A DNA stretch of 63,963 nt, the filler included, from Octopus bimaculoides (lineage: Eukaryota): assembly GCF_001194135.2 (NCBI RefSeq). It is 5 parts of 5 records of this genome, joined end to end, with 100 filler letters (N's around TTAATTAATTAA, not from the genome) between each part and the next. Parts side by side here need not be neighbours in the genome. Positions count along the whole stretch, not along the records: positions 1 to 28,713 come from NC_068985.1; 4 more parts are not named here. One strand, given 5' to 3'. Shown in pieces: positions 1 through 11,447 of the stretch. The notes under the pieces are model-generated. The model was not told the DNA's origin. It worked only from the letters and a program-made list of their open reading frames with translations, and searched no databases. Both the position numbers and the translations under genes were made by a program. Within the stretch, counting starts at the first letter, position 1; every line of letters begins with the position of its first letter.

Positions 1-44
<44 letters not shown>

Positions 45-46
<2 letters not shown>

Positions 47-248
47 GTTTGTGTGTCTGTGTTTGCCCCTCCTCCATCACTTAACAACCAATATTGGTGT
101 ATTTGCGTCCCCGTAACTAGTGGTTCAGCAAAAAAAGACTGATAGAATAAGTACTAGGCTTACAAAGAATAAGTCCTGGGGTTGATTTGTTTGACTAAAG
201 GCGCTGCTCAGGCATGGCCACAGTGAAATAACTAAAACAAATAAAAGA
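45..248 (+). mobile_element. 3' half of tRNA/CORE-type SINE (5' half lies upstream of window)
   Basis: Matches 3' part of the full copy at 25395-25803 (GATAGAATAAGTAC..CAAAGAATAAGTCCTG..A-rich tail), preceded by (TG)n as in that copy. Confidence 0.8.
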
Positions 249-249
249 A

Positions 250-344
250 CATACACATATAGACACACACATATATATGCACATACATGCATATATACAC
301 ATACATATATATAAACGCCCACACACGCACACACACACACACAC

Positions 345-375
<31 letters not shown>

Positions 376-405
376 CACGCACATACATATATATACTCAC
401 ACACA

Positions 406-485
<80 letters not shown>

Positions 486-800
486 CATGCACACGCATAT
501 CTACACACAAACAAACATACCTATATACATGTACATATATATATATCCACACATATACACACACACACATAAAAAACACACACTCATACATGTAAATAGA
601 TGTACTTGCACAAAATACATGTACACTTCTATATATACACACACACATACACATACATATACATATATACAAACACACACATACATATATGTACATATAT
701 TACATACACAAACACGCATGTGTATGTATGCATGTGTACACGCAAACATATGAGTGAAATATCATATATAGTCACATACACTTCTGTGTGTGCGTGTGTG
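250..800. repeat. Compound (CA)/(TA) microsatellite field
   Basis: Direct; source of the HT/YI/CV-rich spurious ORFs. Confidence 0.95.
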
Positions 801-1339
801 CATGCATATTCCCTAAAGACATCATTTTCTTACAAAATACTGCTGATAATAGCTAGCTTCGCTCTAACCATTGTCGATCCATTTAGAGATTACATCCAAA
901 TCAGGTTTTCACTTCACTGCTTATCTAGAAGTCAGCCTAAATGTATGAAGCTAAATCTTACTTTATTTTGCAACCATCCTCAACATAGACTTGGATTACT
1001 GTGTAAAGTATACATGTTCTTCCTTTCACTACCTTCCTTAACATAGGCTTCGATTATGACATCTATTTTCGGCATTTGAGAGCAAGACATTTTTCTTTTT
1101 TTGCTAGTTTCTTTTTTTTTTTTTTTTTTTTTTGTTAGATTTCCCCGGTTAGTTACTTTTCTTTTTCCCTTTTACCTTTCTACATTTATCACTGAGTTCA
1201 AAGTTACTAAAGAAATATATAAGTATATTCAAGAGAATTTTTTTCTTCTTTCTTTCTCTCTTTTCTTTTTTTTCTTTTTTTACTTTTCTGCTTTCAATAG
1301 CAGATCAGAATTATTATTATATGAATATGTGGGCATGCT

Positions 1340-1459
1340 TGTACTTCTTTATATGCATACACACACACACACATACATACACATACATGTTTACACATAT
1401 GAATATGCATACATAAATGTGTATGTCTGTGTGTGTGTGTGTGTGTATANNNNNNNNNN

Positions 1460-1495
<36 letters not shown>

Positions 1496-1840
1496 ATATA
1501 TACACACACATACACATTACAAAACATACATATACACGTATATATATCATACATATATGTGTATTATACACATACATACATATAATGTGCATAAATATAT
1601 CATACATGTATACATATATATATGCATAGTATATATGAATATATATCATAAACAAATATAAATGTATTATGCCCATACATATATATATATATATTGTGTG
1701 TGTATATATGTGCATGAGTGTGTATTATGCATATATATAAAGTATATATATATTATACATGTGTGTGTGTGTGTGTGTATTATACATACATATATATAAT
1801 ATACAAATATATCATAGGTGTGTGTGTGTGTGCGTGTGAT
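1340..1840. repeat. Compound (CA)/(TA)/(TG) microsatellite field with small N gap
   Basis: Direct. Confidence 0.9.
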
Positions 1841-2147
1841 TGGTGGGTATGTTTAATAGAGACATGCGCATACAGCCATGGATAAAAACAGATACTATGG
1901 TAAACACATGCAAAGACACATGGAGCTATGAAGAAAAACATACAGAGTAAAAATGTAGCATTTCAGTTCCCCTTCTTTATTTTAGATTTATTTTACCATA
2001 TGAAAGTAACATTTAAAAAGCAATCCAGTCTAAAATATCTCTTGCTGGACAACTTTTTTTAATCTTCTTTTATTTCTTTAAAGGTGATTCTTTTATAGCA
2101 AATATGAATATATGAAATAATAACAAAAATTGGTCATTACTAGGTAC

Positions 2148-2335
2148 CTAGTGATAAGATGAAAGATGAAAGATATTAAATATAGACTTTCATAGTCAAA
2201 CAACACACATGATGGCATAGTCAGCATAAATACTATTGGAGAAAATAAATATGCATGCACATGTGATAAAATAACAGAGAAGACAGCTCTGGAATATAAT
2301 AAGTAATGTTGACCCATTTCAAGATAGACATCACC
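2148..2335 (-). CDS. Candidate internal exon (GDVYLEMGQHYLLYSRAVFS...HLIT), unidentified gene
   Basis: Acceptor ttgttgtcttag|GG, donor AG|GTACCT, 188 bp open frame phase 0 to 2; 3' part is AT-rich and could be intronic. Confidence 0.3.
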
Positions 2336-2454
2336 CTAAGACAACAATTTACCAAAAGAAGAAATTGTGTGAAAAAGCAGTATACATGGCAGAATATAAG
2401 AATGAACACTCAAAGGATGAAATGTGAGGTTGAGAGATCACCATTTCATATTAG

Positions 2455-2590
2455 TTCGGGTATGGCTGTGTGGTTAAGAAGTACAATTTACAACCTTGTG
2501 GTTCCAAGTTCAATTTCACTATTTAGTATCTTTGGTCAATGTTTTCTATTTGAGTCACAGGTTGACTCTGTAAATTGGATCTGGTAGATT
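2455..2590 (+). mobile_element. Degenerate tRNA/CORE-type SINE head
   Basis: GGCTGTGTGGTTAAGAAG..GGTTCCAAGTTCAATTTC resembles other copies in the window. Confidence 0.55.
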
Positions 2591-2699
2591 TTTAGATCAC
2601 AGGGTTTATCATGTATATACATATACATTTATGTGTATACATGTAAACACACACACACATATATATACATATATATATATATATAATATATATATGTGG

Positions 2700-3470
2700 T
2701 GAAGCATGACCTTCGAACTTTGAACCCCACAGAGGCAATGACTAGAGACCAAGACCTTTGGCAATGTGCTCTGCTTAAGAGGACCCATCAAGCCAAGTGC
2801 ACCCATACTGGTGGCATGTAACAAAATCAACTTTTGAACATTGGGCCTCACGGAGGCAAAGTGGTTGAGTTCCTTTCAAGTATTGGGCCTCATGGAGGCA
2901 AAGTGGCTGAGTTCCTTTCGAGTGTTGGGCCTCACAGAAGCAAGGTGGCTGAGTTCCTGTCAAGCGTTGGGTCTCATTGAGGCAAAGTGGCCAAGCTCCT
3001 GGGCCTCATGGAGGCAAATTGAGTGAGTTCAATTTGAGTGTTGAGCCTCACAGAAGTGAGGTGGCTGAATTCCTTTCACACAGACCTCATGGAAACAAGG
3101 TGGCTGAGTTCCTTTTGAGTGTTGGGCCTCATGGAGGCAAAGTGGCTGAGCTCCCTTCAAGTGTTGCGCTTCACAGAGGCAATGACCAAGACCTTTGGCA
3201 TTATGTTGTGCTTGAGAAGAAGATTCATCAAGCCAAGCAAAATCACAGTCGTGGCAGATACCAGTGTCACACAAATGGTGCCTGTGCGTGTGGAACATAA
3301 AAGCACTTGTTACACTCTCAGAGTGGTTGGCATTAGGAAGGGCATCCAGCCATAGAAAACCATGCCAAATCAGACTGGAGCTTGGTACAGCCTTCCAGTG
3401 TGCCAGCCCAGTCAAACCGCCCAGCCCATGCCAGCAGGGACAACGGACGTTAAACGATGAGGATGATATA
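2700..3470 (+). mobile_element. Composite non-autonomous retroelement: 42-bp VNTR (9 units, ~2843-3180) plus RTE-type 3' tail
   Basis: GGGCCTCA-like motif at 2843, 2885, 2927, 2969, 3001, 3043, 3082, 3124, 3166; tail GAGTGGTTGGCATTAGGAAGGGCATCCAGC...CGTTAAACGATGAGGATGAT shared with many copies. Confidence 0.8.
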
Positions 3471-3482
3471 TCAACAGAAAAC

Positions 3483-3712
3483 AGGAAATCTTGAATGCAG
3501 AAGAGCTGTGAACACAACTTAGAAGATTGGGTAAATACCCTTAGAGGATGTGAAGAAAGGGACCAGCAAGATGCTACAGAGAAACAAACCCTGTAATGGT
3601 ACAGAGCACTTAGCCAGAACTTGAGAGGTACAGAATTTGATTTTCTGTAGGTAGTCAATTTTAAACCCTTTTCTAAGCTGTGTTCACAGCTATTCTGCAT
3701 TCAAGATTTCCT
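3483..3712. repeat. Fold-back element / MITE with ~45-bp terminal inverted repeats
   Basis: AGGAAATCTTGAATGCAGAAGAGCTGTGAACACAACTTAGAA vs reverse complement of TTCTAAGCTGTGTTCACAGCTATTCTGCATTCAAGATTTCCT. Confidence 0.85.
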
Positions 3713-3794
3713 ATATCTACTGTAAACTAACAACTCATTCAGTGCTTCAAGAATTGATTAAAACACACACACACACATCACAAATATCGACACA

Positions 3795-4120
3795 AGTATG
3801 GTTGTAAGGTAAAGAAACTTTCTTCCCCAAAATATGGGTTTGGATTCAGTTCCCCTGCACAGTGCATTGGGCAAGTGCCTTGGGCAAGTGCCTTGGGCAA
3901 GTGCCTTGGGCAAGTGCCTTGGGCAAGTGCCTTCAACTATAGACTTTGGTCTGACTCGGATCTTGAGAGTGGAACGGACAGATGGAAAATGAAAGAAGCC
4001 CACTGTGTGTGTGTGTATGTGTGTGTGTGTGTGTGCGTGCATGTATGCATGGGTGTGTCTCCTTGTCTTGACAACACATGACGGTTGTAAATGAGCATCA
4101 CTGTCATTATAGCTACGTTG
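3795..4120 (+). mobile_element. tRNA/CORE-type SINE with internal 13-bp tandem amplification
   Basis: TTGGGCAAGTGCC x5 at ~3867-3931 inside the standard head-CORE-(TG)n layout. Confidence 0.8.
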
Positions 4121-4339
4121 TGTATATATTACATAATAGTTTTACAATGTAATGTCAGGGAAATCGGTTGAGTTTGGGCCTTTGGGGACAAACATCTTGC
4201 TAGGAAATAGATGTGGATTAACAATAGCAAGAGCATCCAGTCAAAGAAATCTACTTCTAAGAATTTTCTTGGCCCATCACAAGATGGAATAGTGAACATT
4301 AAAATGATGATGGTGGTGGTGGTGGTGGTAGTGTGTGTA

Positions 4340-4870
4340 TATTATCATCATTATCATTATCATTTAATGTCCGTTTTCCATGCTGGCATGGGTTGGACAG
4401 TTTGACAGGAGCTGTTGAGGCTCCAATTGTCTGTCTTGTCCTGGTTTTTACAGCTGGGTGCCCTTCCTAATGCCAGCCACTTAATAGAGTGTGCTTGGTA
4501 CTTTTAACATGCTACTAGCTTGAGAGCTTTCTGCATGGCACCAGCACAAATGAATTTTACGTGACTCCCACCCCACCCCCCAGCGTGAGTGCATTCTATG
4601 TGACACTGGTAAGAGTGCATATTATGTGACACCAGCATGTGTGCATCACAATGTGGCACTGGCATGAGTGCATTTTACATTGCACTAGCATGTGCAAGAC
4701 AAAGACATCTCAGCTGGGAGAGGAGTGGGTGCATGGCCACAAAGGACATGCCTGTATGCATGAGTGACCAAGATTTTTCTTAGCTTGAGAAGAGAAATCT
4801 TCTTAAGTACAGCAAATTGTCAGAAGTCACAGTCACTTGTCTTCAGCCCCTCAAGGGACCAAGTGTTAAA
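4340..4870 (-). mobile_element. RTE-tailed composite element with short degenerate tandem repeats
   Basis: Reverse RTE-type tail (TTTAATGTCCGTTTTCCATGCTGGCATGGGTTGGAC..CCCTTCCTAATGCCAGCCAC) followed by repeats of GAGTGCATT-TATGTGACAC. Confidence 0.7.
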
Positions 4871-5116
4871 ATACAGTTTTTTTTTTTTTTCCAATGTGCC
4901 AGGAACCGGTAATATTTCTTAGTAATATTAATTTGTACCAGAAACAATATATATAATGAATATAATAAAAGTTGACAATTTGTTTTATCTTATATTTATT
5001 TTGTAAACAAATAATGCAATATTACATAAGTTGATACGTTGTTTACTACAGAGCATAAGGTGAAATTACTGAAATTATGTTACTGTTTCTTTCTTTTCTG
5101 GAAACTCGCCACATAC

Positions 5117-5164
5117 CGGCAGCTGTAGTCTGCAGACCACCACTTTGGGTAGCAATGTCCTCAC
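5117..5164 (-). CDS. Candidate 48-bp exon (G)EDIATQSGGLQTTAA(G)
   Basis: acacag|GTGAGG acceptor, CCG|GTATGT donor; phase 1-1 matches the phase-1 end of exon 6072-6324. Confidence 0.5.
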
Positions 5165-5439
5165 CTGTGTACTAATATATCAATAGACAGTGACTAATCA
5201 CAAACAGTTGGCAGGCAGGGTAAAAATTAGTTGAAGCGCAAACACACAGAAGTCACATACTGTAGCAGTTCCAATGCCAGCACTGGACATTCTTTTTATC
5301 AGCTACAGATATTTCTGTGCCTTTTAGCACTCTACATCTATACCAGATGCTTTCTCAAGATGAATTTTGCAGTATTATGGTGTCCTTAAAGTATATCCAC
5401 CTTAAGTAGAATTTATAGAATTTAAATGTGTGAGTGTAT

Positions 5440-5620
5440 GTGCACACACCACCTCCTACAAGATGAGCAGGGTTATAGGAGCACAAAGAAAATGCAAACT
5501 GCAGAAGTCCAGATCCAACTCCTAACCTTCAATCTCAGCAGACCACCAATGCCTGAACTGCAGCACATCCTTCCATGCAACTATTGGACTGATCAGCCAC
5601 AGCCAGACACACCATGCCCC
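5440..5620 (+). mobile_element. RTE/BovB-type LINE C-terminal relic
   Basis: Translates to CLNCSTSFHATIGLISHSQTH, like the CxxC..GLxSHxRTH C-terminal motif of RTE ORFs. Confidence 0.65.
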
Positions 5621-6071
5621 ATTTTCTTTGTGCATGTGTCCTTGGTTAATCATCGAAGAAGATGACAGACGAACTTAGATGAGAAGACAGACACTTATGA
5701 ACAGACACATATAAACACACATATGAATAAAGGTGTTAACAAACACTGCTGGGCAATTGCAACCACTGCCAAATAAGGGGGCTAGTAATCTCAAGAATCA
5801 GAATTTCTTTGAAACTGACACAAGATTAAGGAAAATACAGCTTCATTCTCTGGAAACAAGAGAACAACTGTGAATATATGTGAATGGCTGAATAAGTAGA
5901 AACATGCGTCCACAGCCATCTTAGAAGACTTAGAAGATAACTCTATTAAACAAGACTATGTTTTGTAAGGTATTTAATATGCTTTTATTCATCTCTATTG
6001 TCCATATTTATCCCATTGGCCACTCGAAGTTATTTCTCTTTGGTCATTTTCATTTAAACAATGAAAGTTAC

Positions 6072-6324
6072 CTAAAGTCATAAATATTTTCTGCTCGCTT
6101 TGTACATACTTAAGTATTTCATGTGCTGGGATGAAGGAAGGGACAACTACTATGCTGATGCCAGACATAGAGACAGAAACACATCTCCACAGACTCCTAC
6201 TTGTACCCAGACAATCAGACCATCTTTTCTTTAATGGCATGTCAATATCAGAGAATTCTTGATTCTTCAGATCATTTCCCTTTCTGCAGCCAGTTGCAAT
6301 TGCCATAAGGTATTGATCATTCTT
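6072..6324 (-). CDS. Candidate 253-bp internal exon (KNDQYLMAIATGC...SLWRCVSVSMSGISIVVVPSFIPAHEILKYVQSEQKIFMTL), unidentified protein
   Basis: Strong acceptor tcttccctttcacag|AAG, donor AG|GTAACT (alternative AA|GTATGT at 6110); only one frame open; non-repetitive protein-like composition. Confidence 0.7.
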
Positions 6325-6495
6325 CTGTGAAAGGGAAGATAATTTCAATAAATTAAGAATTTAGGTATTTGATATACCATTATTCACATTTATTGTCCAT
6401 ATTCATACTAATCTGAGTTATATCTCTTTACTTATTTTTCATATATATATGTATATGTGTGTGCATGCACATAGCTCGATAGATGGATGGATACG

Positions 6496-6533
<38 letters not shown>

Positions 6534-6783
6534 CTACTTATAGGTACAATACCAATATAGTCACACAAGAAATTAACAGACCTCCTAAAATAGAGAGCTT
6601 TTCAATATTTAACACAAAAAATAAAGAACTAGATTAATTTGGACAGACAGTATACTAACAGGCAAGGTGACAGATATTCAATAAAAAGAAAAATTGGAAA
6701 TACAAAACCAATATAGTCACAGTACAACTGTAGACAAGGCGATAGCTTTGCAATACAAAACTTCAAGGGATAAAAGAATATGA

Positions 6784-6833
<50 letters not shown>

Positions 6834-7291
6834 ATATACACTGGAATAACAAAATAAGACAGCTTTACAATATCAAAATTGGAAGTATGAAAGCAATAAC
6901 AATACATGGTGAAATAATAGACAAGACAGCTTTGCTTTATAAATATTGTGAAACAAAACCAATATAGTTACTCATAAGTGAAAATAAGGTTAGTGATGAA
7001 GAAATATTTCATATACACGTGTGTATATGTGTGCATGTGTGTTTATGTATATAAATCTATAGCACTATTTTTGTAAATTTGGCAAACATTGTGTCTTAAT
7101 GTGTTAACACCATAAATTTTTATATTTACTTTATATTGAGTGGTTTAAAACGAGTAAATATAGTGTGACATCAAAATTTAAGCTTCAGGATATACTGTAT
7201 GAGTGAATCAATCAGTATCTATGTATGTGCTTGTTCATATATTACATAAGACATGTAGAAGCACACAGGATGTAAAAAATAGATTACCAAA

Positions 7292-7378
7292 TTCTCTCAT
7301 GGAATCAAACCACTTATCACTCACATGCTGGGCGATCACCCAGCGTACAATAGATATTGGTTCGATTCCATGAGAGGA
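7292..7378. other. 87-nt imperfect hairpin with a Pol III B-box-like motif on each strand
   Basis: 19-bp arms TCTCTCATGGAATCAAACC / GGTTCGATTCCATGAGAGG; inner stem GCTGGG/CCCAGC. Confidence 0.7.
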
Positions 7379-7984
7379 GGAATTCCATGAGCTTTTGTAA
7401 ATGCTGTGACCATTATTTAAATTCTAAATCATTTACATTATAGGTGAGTGTATGTGTGTTTGTGTGTGTGTGAGAGAGAGAGAGAGAGAGTGGGGGGATG
7501 TGTGAATTCAATGAATGAAATACATAAAAACAATGCATGCATATGTATGTACGTACATACAATTACAGATTCAAACACCATCAATGGAACTGTAAAACAT
7601 CGTAATACTTTCCAGAAGTTTAGTATTTAAGTATATATGTGCATGTCTAGACATGCCACTATATGCATGAGAATACATACATAAAACATACAAATCTGGA
7701 CATGCACTTACTCCAAATACTGCAAACATGCAAACACACCCTGTTGACGTTGTTGAAATTTCAATAAAGGAGCCTTAAATGCAGGTTAGAAATTGGTTCT
7801 TTCTCTTCTAGTAAGAAATCTTGCAATAAATCTGAACAACACCATACATAAAAGAAATGCATACAAGCACACAGTGCGAGGGTAGATGGGCAGTCAACAT
7901 AATGCCAATGAGTGCTTACGTCAGACATCCTTTTAGATTGGTTTCTATAAATGTACACTGATAGGCAATAGCCAATTACTCAAT

Positions 7985-8110
7985 AGATGGCTGGGCCACA
8001 TTTATGTCAGCCTCAAAACCTGACAGATATTTATTCTATTCATCCCAAAAGGATGGAAGATGAGTTAACCTTGGCAGGGTTTGCATTCAGAATGTACAGA
8101 GCATTTACGT
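7985..8110 (-). mobile_element. Degenerate SINE of the 32568-32782 family
   Basis: ATTTATTCTATTCATCCCAAAAGGATGGAAGATGAGTTAACCTTGGCAGGGTTTG resembles that copy. Confidence 0.5.
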
Positions 8111-8355
8111 CCCTCTCTTGGTCATCGCAGCCCTACAACTGCATTTTCACTCCTTCTCCAAGTTGGTAAAGTATACTTTGATGTGAAATTAAGCTGCTTT
8201 TTCTAGCATGTCAAGTCTCTTTAGTTGATTCATGCTTCTGTATATGTGTATAAACTCATGAAAGTGTCAGTGAGAGAAAGATATTCAGAATACTACTGGT
8301 GGAACAGAAGTTAGTATTGAATGCTATGGATAGAAGAAATCGCTCAGAAAAAGGA

Positions 8356-8401
<46 letters not shown>

Positions 8402-8608
8402 NNNNNNNNNNNNNNNNNNNNNNNNTATATAGTGAGAATTTACAAAAAAACAAAAAAAAAACAAAAGATGAAGACAAGTGTGTAAACAACAAACAGATGC
8501 ATTAGTTTAATGCCCGGGAAGCAAGAATGTCTTTTACATTTTGAGCTTATGCTCTTCAACAGAAAGGAATAAAAATAAAGGTTAATGGCTAGTGATCTAC
8601 CATGGCGA

Positions 8609-8671
<63 letters not shown>

Positions 8672-8855
8672 GTGAGAGTGAATGAGTGAGAGAAAGAGCA
8701 AGAGGGTGGGGGGCATAAAGCTATGGAAAGGGAAAAACTATGGCAGAGAAAGACAGACAGAAAGAGGAAGAGAGAAAGCAAGAAGTAGAGAGATTAGAGA
8801 AAAGAGAGAAAGGGGTTAAAAATTGCAAATATAATCATTTGAATAAATATCTTAA

Positions 8856-9544
8856 CCCTTTGGCATTCAGATTACTGTTAAATGTGATGCTTATTTATTC
8901 ACAGATAATTTTGTATTCCTCAGGTATTGTCTCATAGCTTTGAGATTTTGAAGACATAGTGACTGAGACTGTTTTTGAAAAGATCCATCAAGCCAAGTGA
9001 AATCGTAGTCACCGCTGGTGCTGGTGTTACATAATTGGCACACGTGCCAGTGGCACATAAAATGCACCTTTCGAGTGTTGGAATTCATGGAGGCAAAGTG
9101 GTCAATACCAGTGGCACATGAAAAGCTCCTTTCGAGTGTTGGGCCTCATAGAGGCAATTACCAAGACCTTTGGCATTATGTCATGCTTGAGCAAAATTGC
9201 AGTCGTGGCAGATACCAGTGTCATGCAAATGGTAACTGTGCTGGTGGCTCATAAAAACACCCATTACACTCTTGGAGTGGTTGGTGTTAGGAAGGGCGTT
9301 CAGCCATAGAAACCATGCCAAATCAGACTGAGGTCTGGCACAGCCTTCCATCTTACCAGCCTTGGTCAAACCCCCCAACCCATGTCAACATGGACAACAG
9401 ACACTAAATGATGATGATGATGATGTGATAATTTTTAGAATTACATTGTAGAGTAGGTGTGAGAGGCTGGATCTGACCAGTTACACAATAAAACAGGTGG
9501 AATATTTGGGCTAGACAGATATGGATTGTTTAAATGATAAAGAG
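8856..9544. mobile_element. piggyBac-like MITE (TTAA flanks) split by a later insertion
   Basis: TTAA at 8852-8855 and 9545-9548; ends CCCTTTGGCATT / AATGATAAAGAG; both halves match the uninterrupted copies at 14079-14295 and 14432-14640. Confidence 0.7.
8965..9425 (+). mobile_element. RTE-tailed composite element (two VNTR-type modules) inserted in the MITE
   Basis: Same modules and tail as 2700-3470, ending in (GAT)n. Confidence 0.75.
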
Positions 9545-10081
9545 TTAAAGAGATCTGACACATAGGGAGGCACTGTCAAAGAGAAGATATGAATTAGGAA
9601 TTGGATCTGAGGTGAAAGTAATGGAATGTATTTGCTTAAGCAGTGTAGTGCAATGGCTAGGAGGTCATGAGTTCAAACTTTGTTGCAGTTGTTGTTTAAT
9701 CAAATGTTAGCCATCACTAAGCAGCCTTATGATCACTGGTACTCCGCATATGATCTTTTTTTTTTTTTGTATATAAGGGACTGTATTGACCAATGTCCTC
9801 TCTTTCTCCCCCACCTCTCTCTCATTTTAAGACAGCAGAGTGGGATTTGAGGAATACTTGACTATTTCTTTCAGGTCACATGACCTAGTGGTGCCCAACC
9901 TTGGTTACATTCACTATATGGTCAAAACCTTAAGACCCCTAACAGTAGAAAGGAGTTTCAAGTGCTATGCTGCAAAGATTTATGTGCAACACAATGCTTT
10001 TTGTTCTCTTTTCTACACAGCCTAATTCACATGCAGTTGAATCTGTCAAAATCACAACAACTGCTAGATATCATAATAAGC

Positions 10082-10260
10082 ACAAGAGTGGCTGTGTGGT
10101 AAGAAGTTCACTTACCAACCACATGATTCCAGGTTCAGTTCTGCTCTGTGGCACTTTGGGCAAGTGTCTTCTACTACAGCCTCTTCTGCCAAAGCCTTGT
10201 GAATAGACTTGGCAGAGGTAAACTGGAAGAAGCCCATCATATGCGTGTGTGTGTATCACA
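10082..10260 (+). mobile_element. tRNA/CORE-type SINE 5' half
   Basis: GGCTGTGTGGTAAGAAG..GGCACTTTGGGCAAGTGTCTTCTACTA..GAAGAAGCCC. Confidence 0.85.
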
Positions 10261-10262
10261 TC

Positions 10263-10790
10263 ATGGAAGTGAAAAGACAATTTAGAAGACATTTTCACCA
10301 AGATCCACCAATGCAATGCACCATTGCTCACAGCTGGAGATAAGTTTGAATCAGATAGAACTGTGCATGACATCCATAAGGAGTGATCAAGAAGGCCATG
10401 GTCCTCAACCAATGCCACAAAGGAAAGACAATTGTCAGAAACCTTCTACCAATCTTCACAGAAATCAATAAGACAAATGGCTCATGAGACAGGAATCCCA
10501 AAATCAAGCGCCCATCACATTTTGAAGCAAGTTCATCAAAAATGGTACATTCCAAAATTAATCTACACTCTAAATGAAGACAATCCTGATCGGAGAGTTG
10601 AATTTTGTGAGTGGTATCCAGGCAAATGTGAGGAAGATGTAGCATTTCCATCCCAAATAGTGTGGAGTGATGAGGCCAGGTTTAAGTTAAATGGCTCAAT
10701 TAACCAGCACAATTGCACCTACTGGACTCCTGAAAATCCACATGTTACTATGAAACAAGAAGTAGTGTTGAATTCCCTCCAATGGACTTC
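10263..10790 (+). mobile_element. Tc1/mariner-superfamily transposase relic (rosa/DD41D-like), N-terminal half
   Basis: KSIRQMAHETGIPKSSAHHILK HTH and IVWSDEARFKLNGSINQHNCTYW (first catalytic D); frameshifted and truncated. Confidence 0.8.
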
Positions 10791-10973
10791 TTTTTTTATA
10801 GAGATATCTCAAAGATAAGGGTTACAGCTCAAAACCAGCAACAGTCAATGAGGAAATTGAAAGACAATGACTTGCGGTTCCAAATGAAATGCTTTGTAAC
10901 GCTGCTAAATCCATTGGTCTGTGTTACTGACTGTGTTTGGAATGGTCATCAGTTTGAGCATTTGTAAACATGC

Positions 10974-11447
10974 ATCATCATCATCATCGTTTAACGTCCG
11001 CTTTCCATGCTAGCATGGGTTGGACGATTTGACTGAGGACTGGTGAAACCGGATGGCAACACCAGGCTCCAGTCTGATTTGGCAGAGTTTCTACAGCTGG
11101 ATGCCCTTCCTAACGCCAACCACTCAGAGAGTGTAGTGGGTGCTTTTACGTGTCACCCGCACGAAAACGGCCACGCTCGAAATGGTGTCTTTTATGTGCC
11201 ACCCGCACAAGCCAGTCCAGGGGCACTGGCAACGATCTCGCTCGAAAATCCTACAGGAGCCAGTCAGGCGGTACTGGCAACGGCCACGCTCAAAATGGTG
11301 CATCTCATGTGCCAACCGCACAAGAACCAGTCCAGGGGCACTGGCAACGATCTTACTTGGCTTGCCGGGTCTTCTCACGCACAGCCCATTTCCAAAGGTC
11401 TCGGTCCGTAGTCATCGCCTCGGTGAGGCCCAATGTACGAAGGTCTA
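10974..11447 (-). mobile_element. Young, CpG-retaining RTE-tailed composite element with internal duplication
   Basis: (CAT)n tail, RTE-type tail, two copies of CAACGGCCACGCTC-AAATGGTG..CCAGTCCAGGGGCACTGGCAACGATCT. Confidence 0.8.

Noticed and set aside
125-1715. Long ORFs rich in HT, YI, CV, ER, poly-X here and throughout the track
   Set aside because: Translations of microsatellites or N gaps
2843-3180. Regularly spaced repeats resembling a CRISPR array
   Set aside because: Head-to-tail 42-bp units without unique spacers, inside a retroposon; no cas genes
7761-7958. 65-aa minus ORF with possible acceptors
   Set aside because: Several conflicting splice options, ends in a stop upstream of the better exon, no recognisable motif
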